DNA from: Planctomycetota bacterium
Lineage (GTDB): Bacteria > Planctomycetota > UBA1135 > UBA2386
Assembly: GCA_965228735.1 (NCBI GenBank)
Contig: OZ245838.1
Location: 1,792,001-1,856,000, forward strand
Direction: 5' to 3'
Length of the DNA: 64,000 nucleotides
A program made the position numbers and the translations under genes. Below are positions 32,121-43,274 of the stretch, one piece after another. The stretch's first letter is position 1; every line of letters begins with the position of its first letter. The notes below the pieces were generated by a model, which saw only the letters and a program-made list of their open reading frames with translations, did not search any database and was not told where the DNA came from.

Positions 32121-34201
32121 CGCGAGAGCGCGCGGACTCCGGCGGCACCGCCGCGGTCGTCGTGCTCGCCGGGCTGGCGCTGGCGACGATCGGCCTCGTC
32201 GTGTGGCTGGCGCTGGCCGGCTCCGACGACGGCGTGATCGAGCCGGGGCCGCGGTCACGAACGTCGAACGCGGCGCCGATCGACGGCGATCGCGCCGCGG
32301 CGAATCCGGGCAGCGACGGCAGCCCGACGCGCCCAACCAGCGCGATCCAGGGCCGCGACGCCGCGGGCCTCGATCCGGAACTGGCGAACGCCGACGCGCC
32401 GCAAGGCGTGAGCGGCCGCTTGCTGCGACCCGACGGCACGCCGGCAGCGCAGGCTCACGTCGAACTCGTCGCGTCGACGTTGACTGACGGTTCGACCGTC
32501 GCGGCGACGACCACCGCCCCCGACGGCACGTTCGCGCTCGGCGTCGAGCGACCGGGCCAGCCGGTGCATCTGACCGCGCGATGCCAAGGCCTGCCGCCGC
32601 TGCGGGCGGGCCCGTTTCGCCCGCGCCCCTCGACCTGGCTGCACCCGGGGGATCTGCGTTTCCCGGTCGCGGTCGCCGTGCACGGCCGCGTGATCGATCG
32701 CGCGACCGGTGCTGCGATCGCGGGCGCCGAGGTCGCGATGTCCGATCACGAGCCGCTCCGAACCACCGTCACGGCATCGCCGGCGCGCACGACGACGGTC
32801 ACGGACGCGACGGGCGCGTTCCGGTTCGAGGCCGCGCGGAGCGGAGCGGAGCACGACTTCACGGCGATCGTCCCCGGCTACGCCCGCGCCACGCTCGGTC
32901 CGCACCGCATGCCCACCGCGGGCACGGCTGCGATCACGTTCGAGCTCGAACGCGGCGCCGAGCTGCGCGGCATCGTCGCCGATCCGAGCGGCCGCCCCGT
33001 CGGCGGCGTCGAGCTCGAGCTCACCCCCGTCGCCGAGGCCGGCAGCGCGCCGCCGGGAACGGCGACCGCCGTCACGGTCACGAGCGGGCGCGACGGCACG
33101 TTCACCGTCGACACCCTGCGACCCGGCAGCTACCGGGTCGCCGCCAGCGGTGGCGGCTACCGCACGACCGCGCCGACCACCGCCAGGACCGGCCCCGAGT
33201 TGCTCCGGGTGCGCGTCGTGCCCGAGCCGTGGCTCCGGCTGCGCGTGCTCGGAGCCGACGGGCAACCGCAGCGCCGCTTTCGCCTCGAGCTCAGGAACGT
33301 CACGGGCAGCACGCTCCGGCACTCGCTCCGGCTCGCGGGCTCCGGCCCCCGAACGCTCGGCCCCGCGGACCACGGCAGCGACGGCTTCGTCGCGCTGCGC
33401 GGGTTGCCCGCCGGACGATTCCGCTGCGCGATCATCGCACCCGACCACGCCCCGACCGTCACCGAGCCGTTCGCCGTCGTGCCGGGCGGCACCGCTGCCG
33501 CGGCGGAGCTCACGGTCCGGCTCGACCGCGGCGGCAGCATCGCGGGAACCGTCGTCGATGCCGCCGGCCGACCGATCCCCGCCGCCGTCGTCCGGGCCGT
33601 CCCGGCCGAGCTCCCGACCGCGGGATCAGCCCCCGCCGAATCCGCGCCCGGAGAATCGGGGCCCGGAGAATCGGGGCCCGCCCCGCGAGTCGGTCCCGAT
33701 CCCCGCACCCTGACGAACGCGGCAGGCCGGTTCCGGCTCGACCTGCTGCCGCTGCAGGACTACGTGCTCATCGTGCGCCACCCGGACCACAGTCAGGCCC
33801 GCACGACCGCCAGCCTGCGCGCCGAGCGGCCCAGCCGGGATCTCGGAGACGTCCTGCTGCCGCGGGGCGCGGCCGTCGCCGGCCGCATCACGGTCGACGG
33901 CAAACCCGGCGGCCGGGCCCGCGTCGTCCTGACAGGACGCCGGGATTCCGGCCGTTCCGGCGAGCCCGAGCGGGCCGCCGAGGCCCGTCCCGTCGTCGCC
34001 ACGGCGTTCTCGGGCCCGGACGGGCGCTACGAATTCCCGCGTCGGCTGCCTCCGGGGGAATACCGGATCCACGTGCAGCGTCTGAACGGGAGTTCCAATC
34101 CCGACCGCGCGCTGTTCGATATCCGCGAATCCCAGCGCCCGATCACGATCCCGCCCACGCGGGAGCGCCTGACTTTCGATTTCCAACTGCCGGCCCGCTG
34201 A
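32117..34201 (+). CDS. Carboxypeptidase-regulatory-like repeat protein (paralogue B)
   Basis: GTGA overlap, N-terminal TM segment, DAPQGVSGR, DGTFALG, LPPGEY shared with neighbours. Confidence 0.75.
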   Translation: MTRERADSGGTAAVVVLAGLALATIGLVVWLALAGSDDGVIEPGPRSRTSNAAPIDGDRAAANPGSDGSPTRPTSAIQGRDAAGLDPELANADAPQGVSGRLLRPDGTPAAQAHVELVASTLTDGSTVAATTTAPDGTFALGVERPGQPVHLTARCQGLPPLRAGPFRPRPSTWLHPGDLRFPVAVAVHGRVIDRATGAAIAGAEVAMSDHEPLRTTVTASPARTTTVTDATGAFRFEAARSGAEHDFTAIVPGYARATLGPHRMPTAGTAAITFELERGAELRGIVADPSGRPVGGVELELTPVAEAGSAPPGTATAVTVTSGRDGTFTVDTLRPGSYRVAASGGGYRTTAPTTARTGPELLRVRVVPEPWLRLRVLGADGQPQRRFRLELRNVTGSTLRHSLRLAGSGPRTLGPADHGSDGFVALRGLPAGRFRCAIIAPDHAPTVTEPFAVVPGGTAAAAELTVRLDRGGSIAGTVVDAAGRPIPAAVVRAVPAELPTAGSAPAESAPGESGPGESGPAPRVGPDPRTLTNAAGRFRLDLLPLQDYVLIVRHPDHSQARTTASLRAERPSRDLGDVLLPRGAAVAGRITVDGKPGGRARVVLTGRRDSGRSGEPERAAEARPVVATAFSGPDGRYEFPRRLPPGEYRIHVQRLNGSSNPDRALFDIRESQRPITIPPTRERLTFDFQLPAR

Positions 34202-34259
34202 ACCGCTCCTCCCCGACCGCATCCGCGCGCCCCCCACTGTCACTACGCCTGAGACTCCC

Positions 34260-36374
34260 GTGAATCCCAGCCGCATCCTCATCCCGCTCCTGCTCGTCCT
34301 CGGGCTCGGCGCTGCCGCCTATTGGTTCCTCATGCGCCCGACGGATGACGTCGTGACGCCGACGCCGGACCCGGGTGTCACCCAGGCCACGGTGGAGACG
34401 CCGCCCGAGCCGGTCGATCCCGGCCCGACGGTGTCGCAGGGGAACGTGAACGACGCGCCGGAGCAGGGCCCGGGCGACGACCCGGTCACGCGGCAGCGCG
34501 TCGAGGCGGACAACACCAACTCCGATGCGCCGCAGGGCGTGAAGGGTCGCATCCTGCTGCCGAGTGGCGGTCCGGCGGCCAACGTCCCGATCTACCTCAT
34601 CGAGAGCATGATGAACGACCCGATCAAGGTGTTCATCCTGACGAAGGCCGGCAAGAGTCCGCCGCCGGTTTCGAGCGGGCAGACGGCCGAGGACGGCACG
34701 TTCGCGCTCGGCGTGCGTGAGCCGGGCAAGTCGTTCGACCTGCGCATCGCGAGCGACTACCACCCCGAGCTCACCCGCCAGGGCATCAAGCCGGCGGCCG
34801 ACGACTGGTACGACACGGGCGATCTGACGCTCGAAACCGGCCGCCAGGTCACGGGCCGCGTCGTCGACGAGATCACGAAGGGCCCGGTCGCGGACGCGAC
34901 GGTCTACCTCGTCGAGAGCAACCAGGCGCACACGATGCTGCCGACGCCGGGGCGCGAACGCGGGATCATCGCGATCACGGACAACACCGGAGCGTTCCGG
35001 TTCGACAACGCACCGCAGAAGGGCAACGTCAACCTGCTCGCCGAGGCCCCCGGCTTCGCGGCCGGTCGCAAGGACAACGCCAACGTGGCGGAGCTCGACA
35101 ACGTCACGATCGAGATCTCGCGCGGCCGGCCGATCGCCGGCGTCGTCGTGAACATCGAGGGCGAGCCGATTCCCGGCGCGACGGTCGTGGCCCAGGGCCT
35201 GAGCCAGAAGACCCCGCAGACGGAGAAGACCACGACCGACCGCACGGGCGTGTTCCAGTTCCCGAGCCTGCGCGACGGTCCCTACACGCTGGTCGCCAAC
35301 GCGACCGCCTTCGGCGAGGCCAAGACACCGCCCGTGATGGCCGGCGACGTCGAGGCCAAGGTCGTCATGGTCCAGCGCCCGTGGGTCAAGCTCAAGGTGC
35401 TCGGCGCGCACGGCAAGGGGATCCGGAACTACAACGTCAGCCTGAAGCGCTACTTCCCCAACAACCCGCTCGGCATCGGCAACGTGCCGGAGTTCCGCGA
35501 TCGCCGCGTCAACCCGTCGGACTACCCGGCCAAGTTCGGGCGCGAGTGGGCCGTCATTCACGGCGTCCCGAACGGCGAGTACGTGTTCCAGATCAAGGAG
35601 CGCGGGCACGCGAAGTCGCTGTCCGAGCCGTTCACCGTCCGCGAGGGCGCCGAGCCGGTCGAGGTCGTGGCGCAGCTCACGATGGGCGCGTCGATCGTCG
35701 GCCGCGTCGTCGACGATCAGGGCGTGCCGGTGCGCGGCGCGATCGTGAACACGGACATGAACAACGCGTTCCAGGGCAGCGGCGGGATCTTCGACCTGTT
35801 CAAGTCGATGATTCCGGAGCGCCACAGCAAGTCCAGCACGCGCACGGGCGGCGACGGCCAGTTCCGCATGACCAAGCTCGCGTTCGCCGACTACATGGTG
35901 CGGGTCTCGCACGCCGACTTCTGCGAGGGCCGGCAGCTCGACATCACGCTGTCCGAGGAAGGACAGGTCGTCGACGTCGGCACGATCCAGCTCATGAAGG
36001 GCACGATCGTGCAGGGCTACACGACGGTCGCCGGCCAGGCCGCGGGCCAGGTCAAGGTGACGATCACGGTCCCGCAGGAGCAGCAGGCCCAGGCGCTGCG
36101 CAACAACGCCGGCAAGGACGGCGGCGGCAACGCGCAGGCCGCGACGTCGACGATGGCGCAGATGTTCTCCGCGAACGTCATCAGCCAGAACGACGGCAGC
36201 TTCCGCATGCTGAAGCGCGTGCCGCCGGGCACCTACAAGATCACCGCGTCCCGCAACGCGGGCGACAACAACCCGTTCGCGATCCTGCTCGACATGCGCG
36301 AAACGGAGCAGACGATCACCCTGCGGCCGGGCGAGGACGTCCGGAAGATCAACTTCGATCTGCCCTCGCGGTGA
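34260..36374 (+). CDS. Carboxypeptidase-regulatory-like repeat protein (paralogue C)
   Basis: N-terminal TM segment, DAPQGVKGR, LKRYFP, LAFADY, RVPPGTY. Strong codon bias. Confidence 0.85.
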   Translation: MNPSRILIPLLLVLGLGAAAYWFLMRPTDDVVTPTPDPGVTQATVETPPEPVDPGPTVSQGNVNDAPEQGPGDDPVTRQRVEADNTNSDAPQGVKGRILLPSGGPAANVPIYLIESMMNDPIKVFILTKAGKSPPPVSSGQTAEDGTFALGVREPGKSFDLRIASDYHPELTRQGIKPAADDWYDTGDLTLETGRQVTGRVVDEITKGPVADATVYLVESNQAHTMLPTPGRERGIIAITDNTGAFRFDNAPQKGNVNLLAEAPGFAAGRKDNANVAELDNVTIEISRGRPIAGVVVNIEGEPIPGATVVAQGLSQKTPQTEKTTTDRTGVFQFPSLRDGPYTLVANATAFGEAKTPPVMAGDVEAKVVMVQRPWVKLKVLGAHGKGIRNYNVSLKRYFPNNPLGIGNVPEFRDRRVNPSDYPAKFGREWAVIHGVPNGEYVFQIKERGHAKSLSEPFTVREGAEPVEVVAQLTMGASIVGRVVDDQGVPVRGAIVNTDMNNAFQGSGGIFDLFKSMIPERHSKSSTRTGGDGQFRMTKLAFADYMVRVSHADFCEGRQLDITLSEEGQVVDVGTIQLMKGTIVQGYTTVAGQAAGQVKVTITVPQEQQAQALRNNAGKDGGGNAQAATSTMAQMFSANVISQNDGSFRMLKRVPPGTYKITASRNAGDNNPFAILLDMRETEQTITLRPGEDVRKINFDLPSR

Positions 36375-36430
36375 GAGCACCCTCGACGGCGCTGTTGGCG
36401 ACGCTCTAATGGGGCGTCGCGCAGCGCCTC

Positions 36431-37621
36431 ATGTCGAGACCCCACGAAGATTCCCCCGCCCCACGGGCCAACCGCGATTCCGGCGATTCGGCCAGCGGCG
36501 ATTCGGCCGAGAGGGGGCCGGCCAACTACTGGGACTACATCCAGGTCGAGCAGCTGCTCGCGATGCAGCGCGGCACCGCCAAGGCGGAAGCCGAGCTGAC
36601 CGACGACGAGGTCCGCTTCATCGTCATCCACCAGATCGACGAGCTGTGGTTCAAGCTCGTCCTGCGTGAGCTCGTGAGTGCGCGCGACCTGTTCGCGCGC
36701 GAACCGGTCCCCGAGGACGCCGTCGCGAGCGCCGTTCTGCAACTCGGCCGCGTCGCAATCTGCTTCGACCTCGCGTCGCAGCACTTCCGCCTCATGGAGA
36801 CCATGCGGACGCAGGACTACCTGCGCTTCCGCGACAAGCTGCACCCGGCCAGCGGTTTCCAGTCCGCCCAGATGCGCGAGATCGAAGTGCTGCTGGGTCT
36901 GCCCGATGGCGCCCGCATCCCGCTCGGCAACGAGGGCAGCTACCTCGACGCGCTGCGCGAGGCCGACGGCAGCCCATCGCCCGCGCTGCGCCGCGTCGAA
37001 CGCCGCATAGCCGACCTGCCGACCCTGAAACAGGCCGTCGACAACTGGCTCCACCGCACGCCGATCGACGGCAGCCACCCCGGCGACGACGGCGACGACG
37101 CCACCGTCCAGCGCTTCGTGGATCGCTATCTCGAGGGTCACGAACGGATGTACGACAACGCGATCGCACAGGCGGTGCAGATGCAGGCCCTCGCGGACGC
37201 CGACGAGGAGCGGCTGCGGGCCCGCTACCGCGGCCAGTTCGAGAGCGCCGAGCGCCACCTGCACGCCGAGGACGTGCCGGCGGAACAACGGCCGTTCGTC
37301 CGGCGCCTGCGCGCCGCGATCCTGTTCATCGACAGCAACCGCCGACTCGCGCTGCTGAGCTGGCCGGGCCGCGTCATCGACACGCTCGTCGAGCTCGAGC
37401 AGGCCATGCTCACGTTCCGCCAGCGGCACGCGCGCATGGTCGAACGCGTCATCGGCCGCCGCGTCGGCACGGGCGGCAGCGACGGCGTCGCGTACCTCGA
37501 TCAGACCGCGCTGACGTATCGCGTGTTCACCGAGATCTGGGCCGCGCGCACGCTGCTGCTGCCCCCGGAACTCTGCCCCGAGGTCAGCGACCCCGAGTTC
37601 TACGCCCTCCGCCAGGACTGA
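36431..37621 (+). CDS. kynA: Tryptophan 2,3-dioxygenase family protein
   Basis: YWDYIQVEQLL, FIVIHQIDELWFK, ASGFQSAQMREIE, RH..MVERVIG...GTGGSDGVAYL. Confidence 0.9.
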   Translation: MSRPHEDSPAPRANRDSGDSASGDSAERGPANYWDYIQVEQLLAMQRGTAKAEAELTDDEVRFIVIHQIDELWFKLVLRELVSARDLFAREPVPEDAVASAVLQLGRVAICFDLASQHFRLMETMRTQDYLRFRDKLHPASGFQSAQMREIEVLLGLPDGARIPLGNEGSYLDALREADGSPSPALRRVERRIADLPTLKQAVDNWLHRTPIDGSHPGDDGDDATVQRFVDRYLEGHERMYDNAIAQAVQMQALADADEERLRARYRGQFESAERHLHAEDVPAEQRPFVRRLRAAILFIDSNRRLALLSWPGRVIDTLVELEQAMLTFRQRHARMVERVIGRRVGTGGSDGVAYLDQTALTYRVFTEIWAARTLLLPPELCPEVSDPEFYALRQD

Positions 37622-37631
37622 CCCACCCGGA

Positions 37632-38836
37632 TCAGCGGCGACGGAAGCGGCGGTTCTCGGGTCGGGACAGGCGCCGCGTGAACGTGAGGAGGCCGTCGCG
37701 CTGGCGCCGCTTGCGGAAACCGAGCAGGTGGAAGATCTCGGTGACGAACCAGCGCGCGACGCCCCGGTTCACGAGGATCGTCGTGCGGTCGTCGGGGTCC
37801 CGACGCACACCGGGTAGCAGGGTGACGAAGCGATCGCAGCGCAGCCAGCGCAACGCGGCGGCGACGCGCAGCCAGAACCGTCGCACCCGCCGCGCGAGGA
37901 AGAAGCCGTCGTCGCCCTGCGGCTGGTAGAGCGGCAGCATGACGAGCGCGGGCCGCGGTGCCCGGATCTCGCCCGAGCGGTCGCGCGCGAGAACGTCGCC
38001 CTGCTCGACCGGCTGGAAGTTCACGAACCCGGGCAGCATCTCGAACTCGTCGGCCGGCGCGATCACGTGCCGCAGGACGATCTCGACGACCGGCGGCGTC
38101 GCGCCGACCGCGGCCGCGAGCAGGTCGACGAACGGCGCGAGGTCCGGCGCCGTCCCGTTCCGCTGCGCGGGACCGAGCATTCCGAGGTAGTCGAGCGTGC
38201 GCCACACCGCCGCCTCGTGGCGGTTGACCGAGCCCGGATCCTCGTGCTGCCCGGCCTCGACCGCGAGCCCCATGACGCCGCGATCGGCGAACCACTCGAG
38301 CGAGGCGCCCTCGAGCGTCTCTTCGATGCCGAGGATGATCGGCACGCCGGTCGCGAGGCCGAGACGGCGATTGTCGATCGTGTCGGCGAGGCAGAGGAAC
38401 GGCGCGCCGGGCGCCGAGCTCGTATGCAGGTCGAGCACGACGACCGGACCGCTCGCCGTCTTCAGCAGCTGTTCGAAGTGCGCGATGAGCTCGCGCTGCT
38501 CACGATCCTCGGCCAGCGGCTCCGCGCCGGCGGCCGCCGCCGCGGCGACGCGGTCGCGCATCGCCGCGATGCTCCTCGCATCCCAGCCGCGGTTGAGGTC
38601 GCGATCGAGGAACCGGCGCTTCGCCGCGAGCGCCGCGACGTTGCCGCGCAGCGCGACGACGCGACCCGCGATCTCGAGCTCGAGCTCGGACAACCGCGCC
38701 AACAGCTGCCGCGCGGCGTGCACGCCGGCGGGCTCGTTGCCGTGCACGCCCCCCAGGACGATCAACGTCGGGCCGGGTCGCCCGCAGTCCCAGGTGCCGA
38801 GTTCGCGCGGCGTCGTCACGACGTCGAGCACGTCAC

Positions 38837-38840
<4 letters not shown>
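37632..38840 (-). CDS. Succinylglutamate desuccinylase/aspartoacylase (M14) family protein
   Basis: GGVHGNEPAG, RFLDRDLNR, LDLHTSS, VEAGQH. Confidence 0.88.
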
Positions 38841-40765
<1,925 letters not shown>

Positions 40766-40809
40766 GGGCGAGCGTCCGACGATACCGACTCCACCCGCGA
40801 ACGACCGCC

Positions 40810-40843
40810 CCAAAACCGCACACGGGGCCGGCTGGCCCCGTGT
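40810..40843 (-). terminator. Putative intrinsic terminator
   Basis: ACACGGGGCC-ggct-GGCCCCGTGT 10-bp stem followed on the minus strand by GCGGTTTTGG. Confidence 0.55.
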
Positions 40844-40916
40844 CTCGCATCCGCACTTGTGCGAAGGCCGTCGAGCGCAAGAACCCGTCAGGTGATCAGG
40901 CTGACGCCGCCGGTTT

Positions 40917-41115
40917 CCGGCTCCGCGCCTAGCGGAAGAACTCGTCCGGCTCCGCGCCTAGCGGAAGAACTCGTTCGGGAGCTGGCTCCGCCAACTAGCG
41001 CCGGCTCCGCGCCGAGCGGAAGAACTCGCCCGGGAGCTGGCTCCGCCAGCTAGCGCCGGCTCCGCGCCTAGCGGAAGAACTCGTTCGATAGCTGGCTCCG
41101 CCAGCTATCGAACGA
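40917..41115. repeat. REP-like tandem array (one 29-bp unit and three 55-bp units)
   Basis: CCGGCTCCGCGCC(T/G)AGCGGAAGAACTCG at 40917, 40946, 41001 and 41056. Units 2-4 add a GCTGG-CTCCG-CCA(G/A)C hairpin. Confidence 0.9.
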
Positions 41116-42334
41116 AGCCGTTGAACATGATCCGCTTCTGCTTGACGATCGGGTGCGTCAGGTCGACGACGAGGTCGCCCTTGAGCAGGCCGCGGGGCGC
41201 GTCGTCGGAGACGGCGATCTCGACGATGAGCTTGTTGCCATCGTTGCGGGTCGAGACGGAGACGTGCTCCTCGCCGATCGTGAGCTTCTCGAGCGTCAGC
41301 TTCTCGGCCTCGATCTTGGTGCCGTCGTTCGGCTCGAAGACGACCTCCTTCTTCATCTCCTTGCCGCGGCGAATCATGCCCAGCGGCAGGAAGCCACCCG
41401 GCTTGACTTCGAGCGGGCCCTGCACGAGCGCCATGACCCGCAGGTCGAACGACGACTGGCCGCGCACGTCGGTGAGGAACTTGAGCACGCCGCCGCCGCC
41501 AGCGTCCGTGCCGACCGGGCCGTACTTGCCGGAGATCGTCCACGTCGCGCGGTCGTTCTCGAGCTTCTTCTCCCACTTGACGTCGAACGCATCGCTGCCG
41601 CCCGTCATGCCCGTGATGTTGAAGTCCGGGTTGAGCGGCGAGGTCACCCGCACGGTGAACTCACGCGTCTCGTTCCACGTCATCTTGTTGAGATTGATCT
41701 CCGACGGCGAGACGACGAACATCTTGGCCGACTTGCCGCTCCAGCGCAGCTTGAACTGCGACAGGTCGTCGTCGGTCGTGTGCACGTCGAGGTGCGCCAC
41801 GCGCGGGCCGGGCACGTTGGGGATGTCGAGGTGGACCTCGACCTCACCCTTCTCGCCGGCGCCGATCGTGATCTGCTGCACGCGCTCGCGCTCGGGGCCC
41901 GTGCCGCTCTTGTTGAGACGGTAGAGCTCGTTCGGCTTCGGCTTCGACGACAGCTCGTACGTCCGATCGCCGACCCGGATCACCGCCTTCGCACAGGTGC
42001 AGCTGCCGCGCAGCGAACGCCAGCTGATCTCCTCCGACTTCGGGTTCTCGAACTCGAAGCGGCCGACCGCCTTCTGCGCGCCGAAGAACGTGCCGAGGTC
42101 GATCTCGGTCACCGGGAACCACGAGTTCGGCGGCAGCTTGTTGACCCCGAACTTCTGCGGGGTGGCCGTCTGGAACTTCGGGCGGTTCGGCTGGACCTTG
42201 CCAGCGTCCTCGCCCGCCTTGAGGTCGGCGCCGGTCTTGGCATCGACCTTCTGCTGGGCGCGCAAGCCGTTGTCGGGCAGCGCGATCGCCAGCATCGTCA
42301 GGCCGGCAGTAGCGATTCGGAGGTGCAGTTTCAT
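41105..42334 (-). CDS. Exported DUF1573-like Ig-fold protein
   Basis: Signal peptide, IDLG, FEFEN, GSCTCAK, and repeated P..I/LxLG modules. TATACT -10 at 42459-42464. Confidence 0.72.
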   Translation of the reverse strand: MKLHLRIATAGLTMLAIALPDNGLRAQQKVDAKTGADLKAGEDAGKVQPNRPKFQTATPQKFGVNKLPPNSWFPVTEIDLGTFFGAQKAVGRFEFENPKSEEISWRSLRGSCTCAKAVIRVGDRTYELSSKPKPNELYRLNKSGTGPERERVQQITIGAGEKGEVEVHLDIPNVPGPRVAHLDVHTTDDDLSQFKLRWSGKSAKMFVVSPSEINLNKMTWNETREFTVRVTSPLNPDFNITGMTGGSDAFDVKWEKKLENDRATWTISGKYGPVGTDAGGGGVLKFLTDVRGQSSFDLRVMALVQGPLEVKPGGFLPLGMIRRGKEMKKEVVFEPNDGTKIEAEKLTLEKLTIGEEHVSVSTRNDGNKLIVEIAVSDDAPRGLLKGDLVVDLTHPIVKQKRIMFNGFVR

Positions 42335-42595
42335 TGTTCGTTCGACTCGTCGGGATCGAGACTTTCTGGCTCGCAACCCGCAGAAACCCTCCGTGCGGGC
42401 GCTCCGGGCAACCACCAGACGGGCCGGAGCGGAATCCGGTCGCCGTTTGGGACGGAGCAGTATACCGATCGTCGAGCGAAAAACTCCCGGACCGAGCCAG
42501 GCCTTCCCGCGTTGGGACCAGAGCCGGAACGCCGCTGGGACCGGCGGTGCCGCCCCCTCGCTGGAATGTGGCGCCCGACCCGGCACGATGCCCGA

Positions 42596-43249
42596 ATGGC
42601 AATCCGGCTCGCCGCTCTCGCGCTGCTCCCGTGCCTCGGCCTCGGGAGCTGCTGCACCATGGCCCGGCTGTTCTGCGGCCCGGACAAGTCCGAGTGGATC
42701 AGCGAGTCCTACGCGACCCCGACGGCCACGGTGAAGACGGTGCTCGAGGCGATCCGGCGCGACGATCCGGACGTCATGTATCGCGCGTTCTCGGAGAGCT
42801 TCAAGGCCAGCAACGGCTTCGACAACATGACCTACAAGCTCGCCTGGGAGCAGCTCAAGGAGACCATCCCCGGGCTGCACCTCGCCGGCTACGCGGACGT
42901 GCCGGAGCCGACCCTCGGCGACAACGGCGCGACGTTCGTGCTCGACATCGAAGGGCGCAAGCTGCGCCTCGACCTCGTTCGCCAGTCGTTCCTCGAGATG
43001 CACTGGCAGCGCGAAGTGGCCGACGACCCCGACGCGCCGCCCGGCGAGATCAAGCGCCGGCTCGGCTCCTTCAGCCAGGCGATGTCGGCGACCTACCTCG
43101 AGGACGCCGAGGTCGAGACCTCGCGGATCACGCTGCGCCCGTTCCTCGTCGAGCACTTCAACGAGGACGGCATCCCGCTGCGGAACATCGACAGCGTCGG
43201 CATCCTGCGGCGCTGGCTGGTCGCGGGCCTCGAGTTCCTCGAGGAGTGA
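42596..43249 (+). CDS. Hypothetical lipoprotein
   Basis: MAIRLAALALLPCLGLGSC lipobox-like. Good codon bias. Confidence 0.7.
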   Translation: MAIRLAALALLPCLGLGSCCTMARLFCGPDKSEWISESYATPTATVKTVLEAIRRDDPDVMYRAFSESFKASNGFDNMTYKLAWEQLKETIPGLHLAGYADVPEPTLGDNGATFVLDIEGRKLRLDLVRQSFLEMHWQREVADDPDAPPGEIKRRLGSFSQAMSATYLEDAEVETSRITLRPFLVEHFNEDGIPLRNIDSVGILRRWLVAGLEFLEE

Positions 43250-43274
43250 TCGAGGCCCGCGACCGCGGACCGCC

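Noticed and set aside
40917..41115. CRISPR array
   Set aside because: The inter-repeat segments are near-identical rather than unique spacers, and there are no cas genes.
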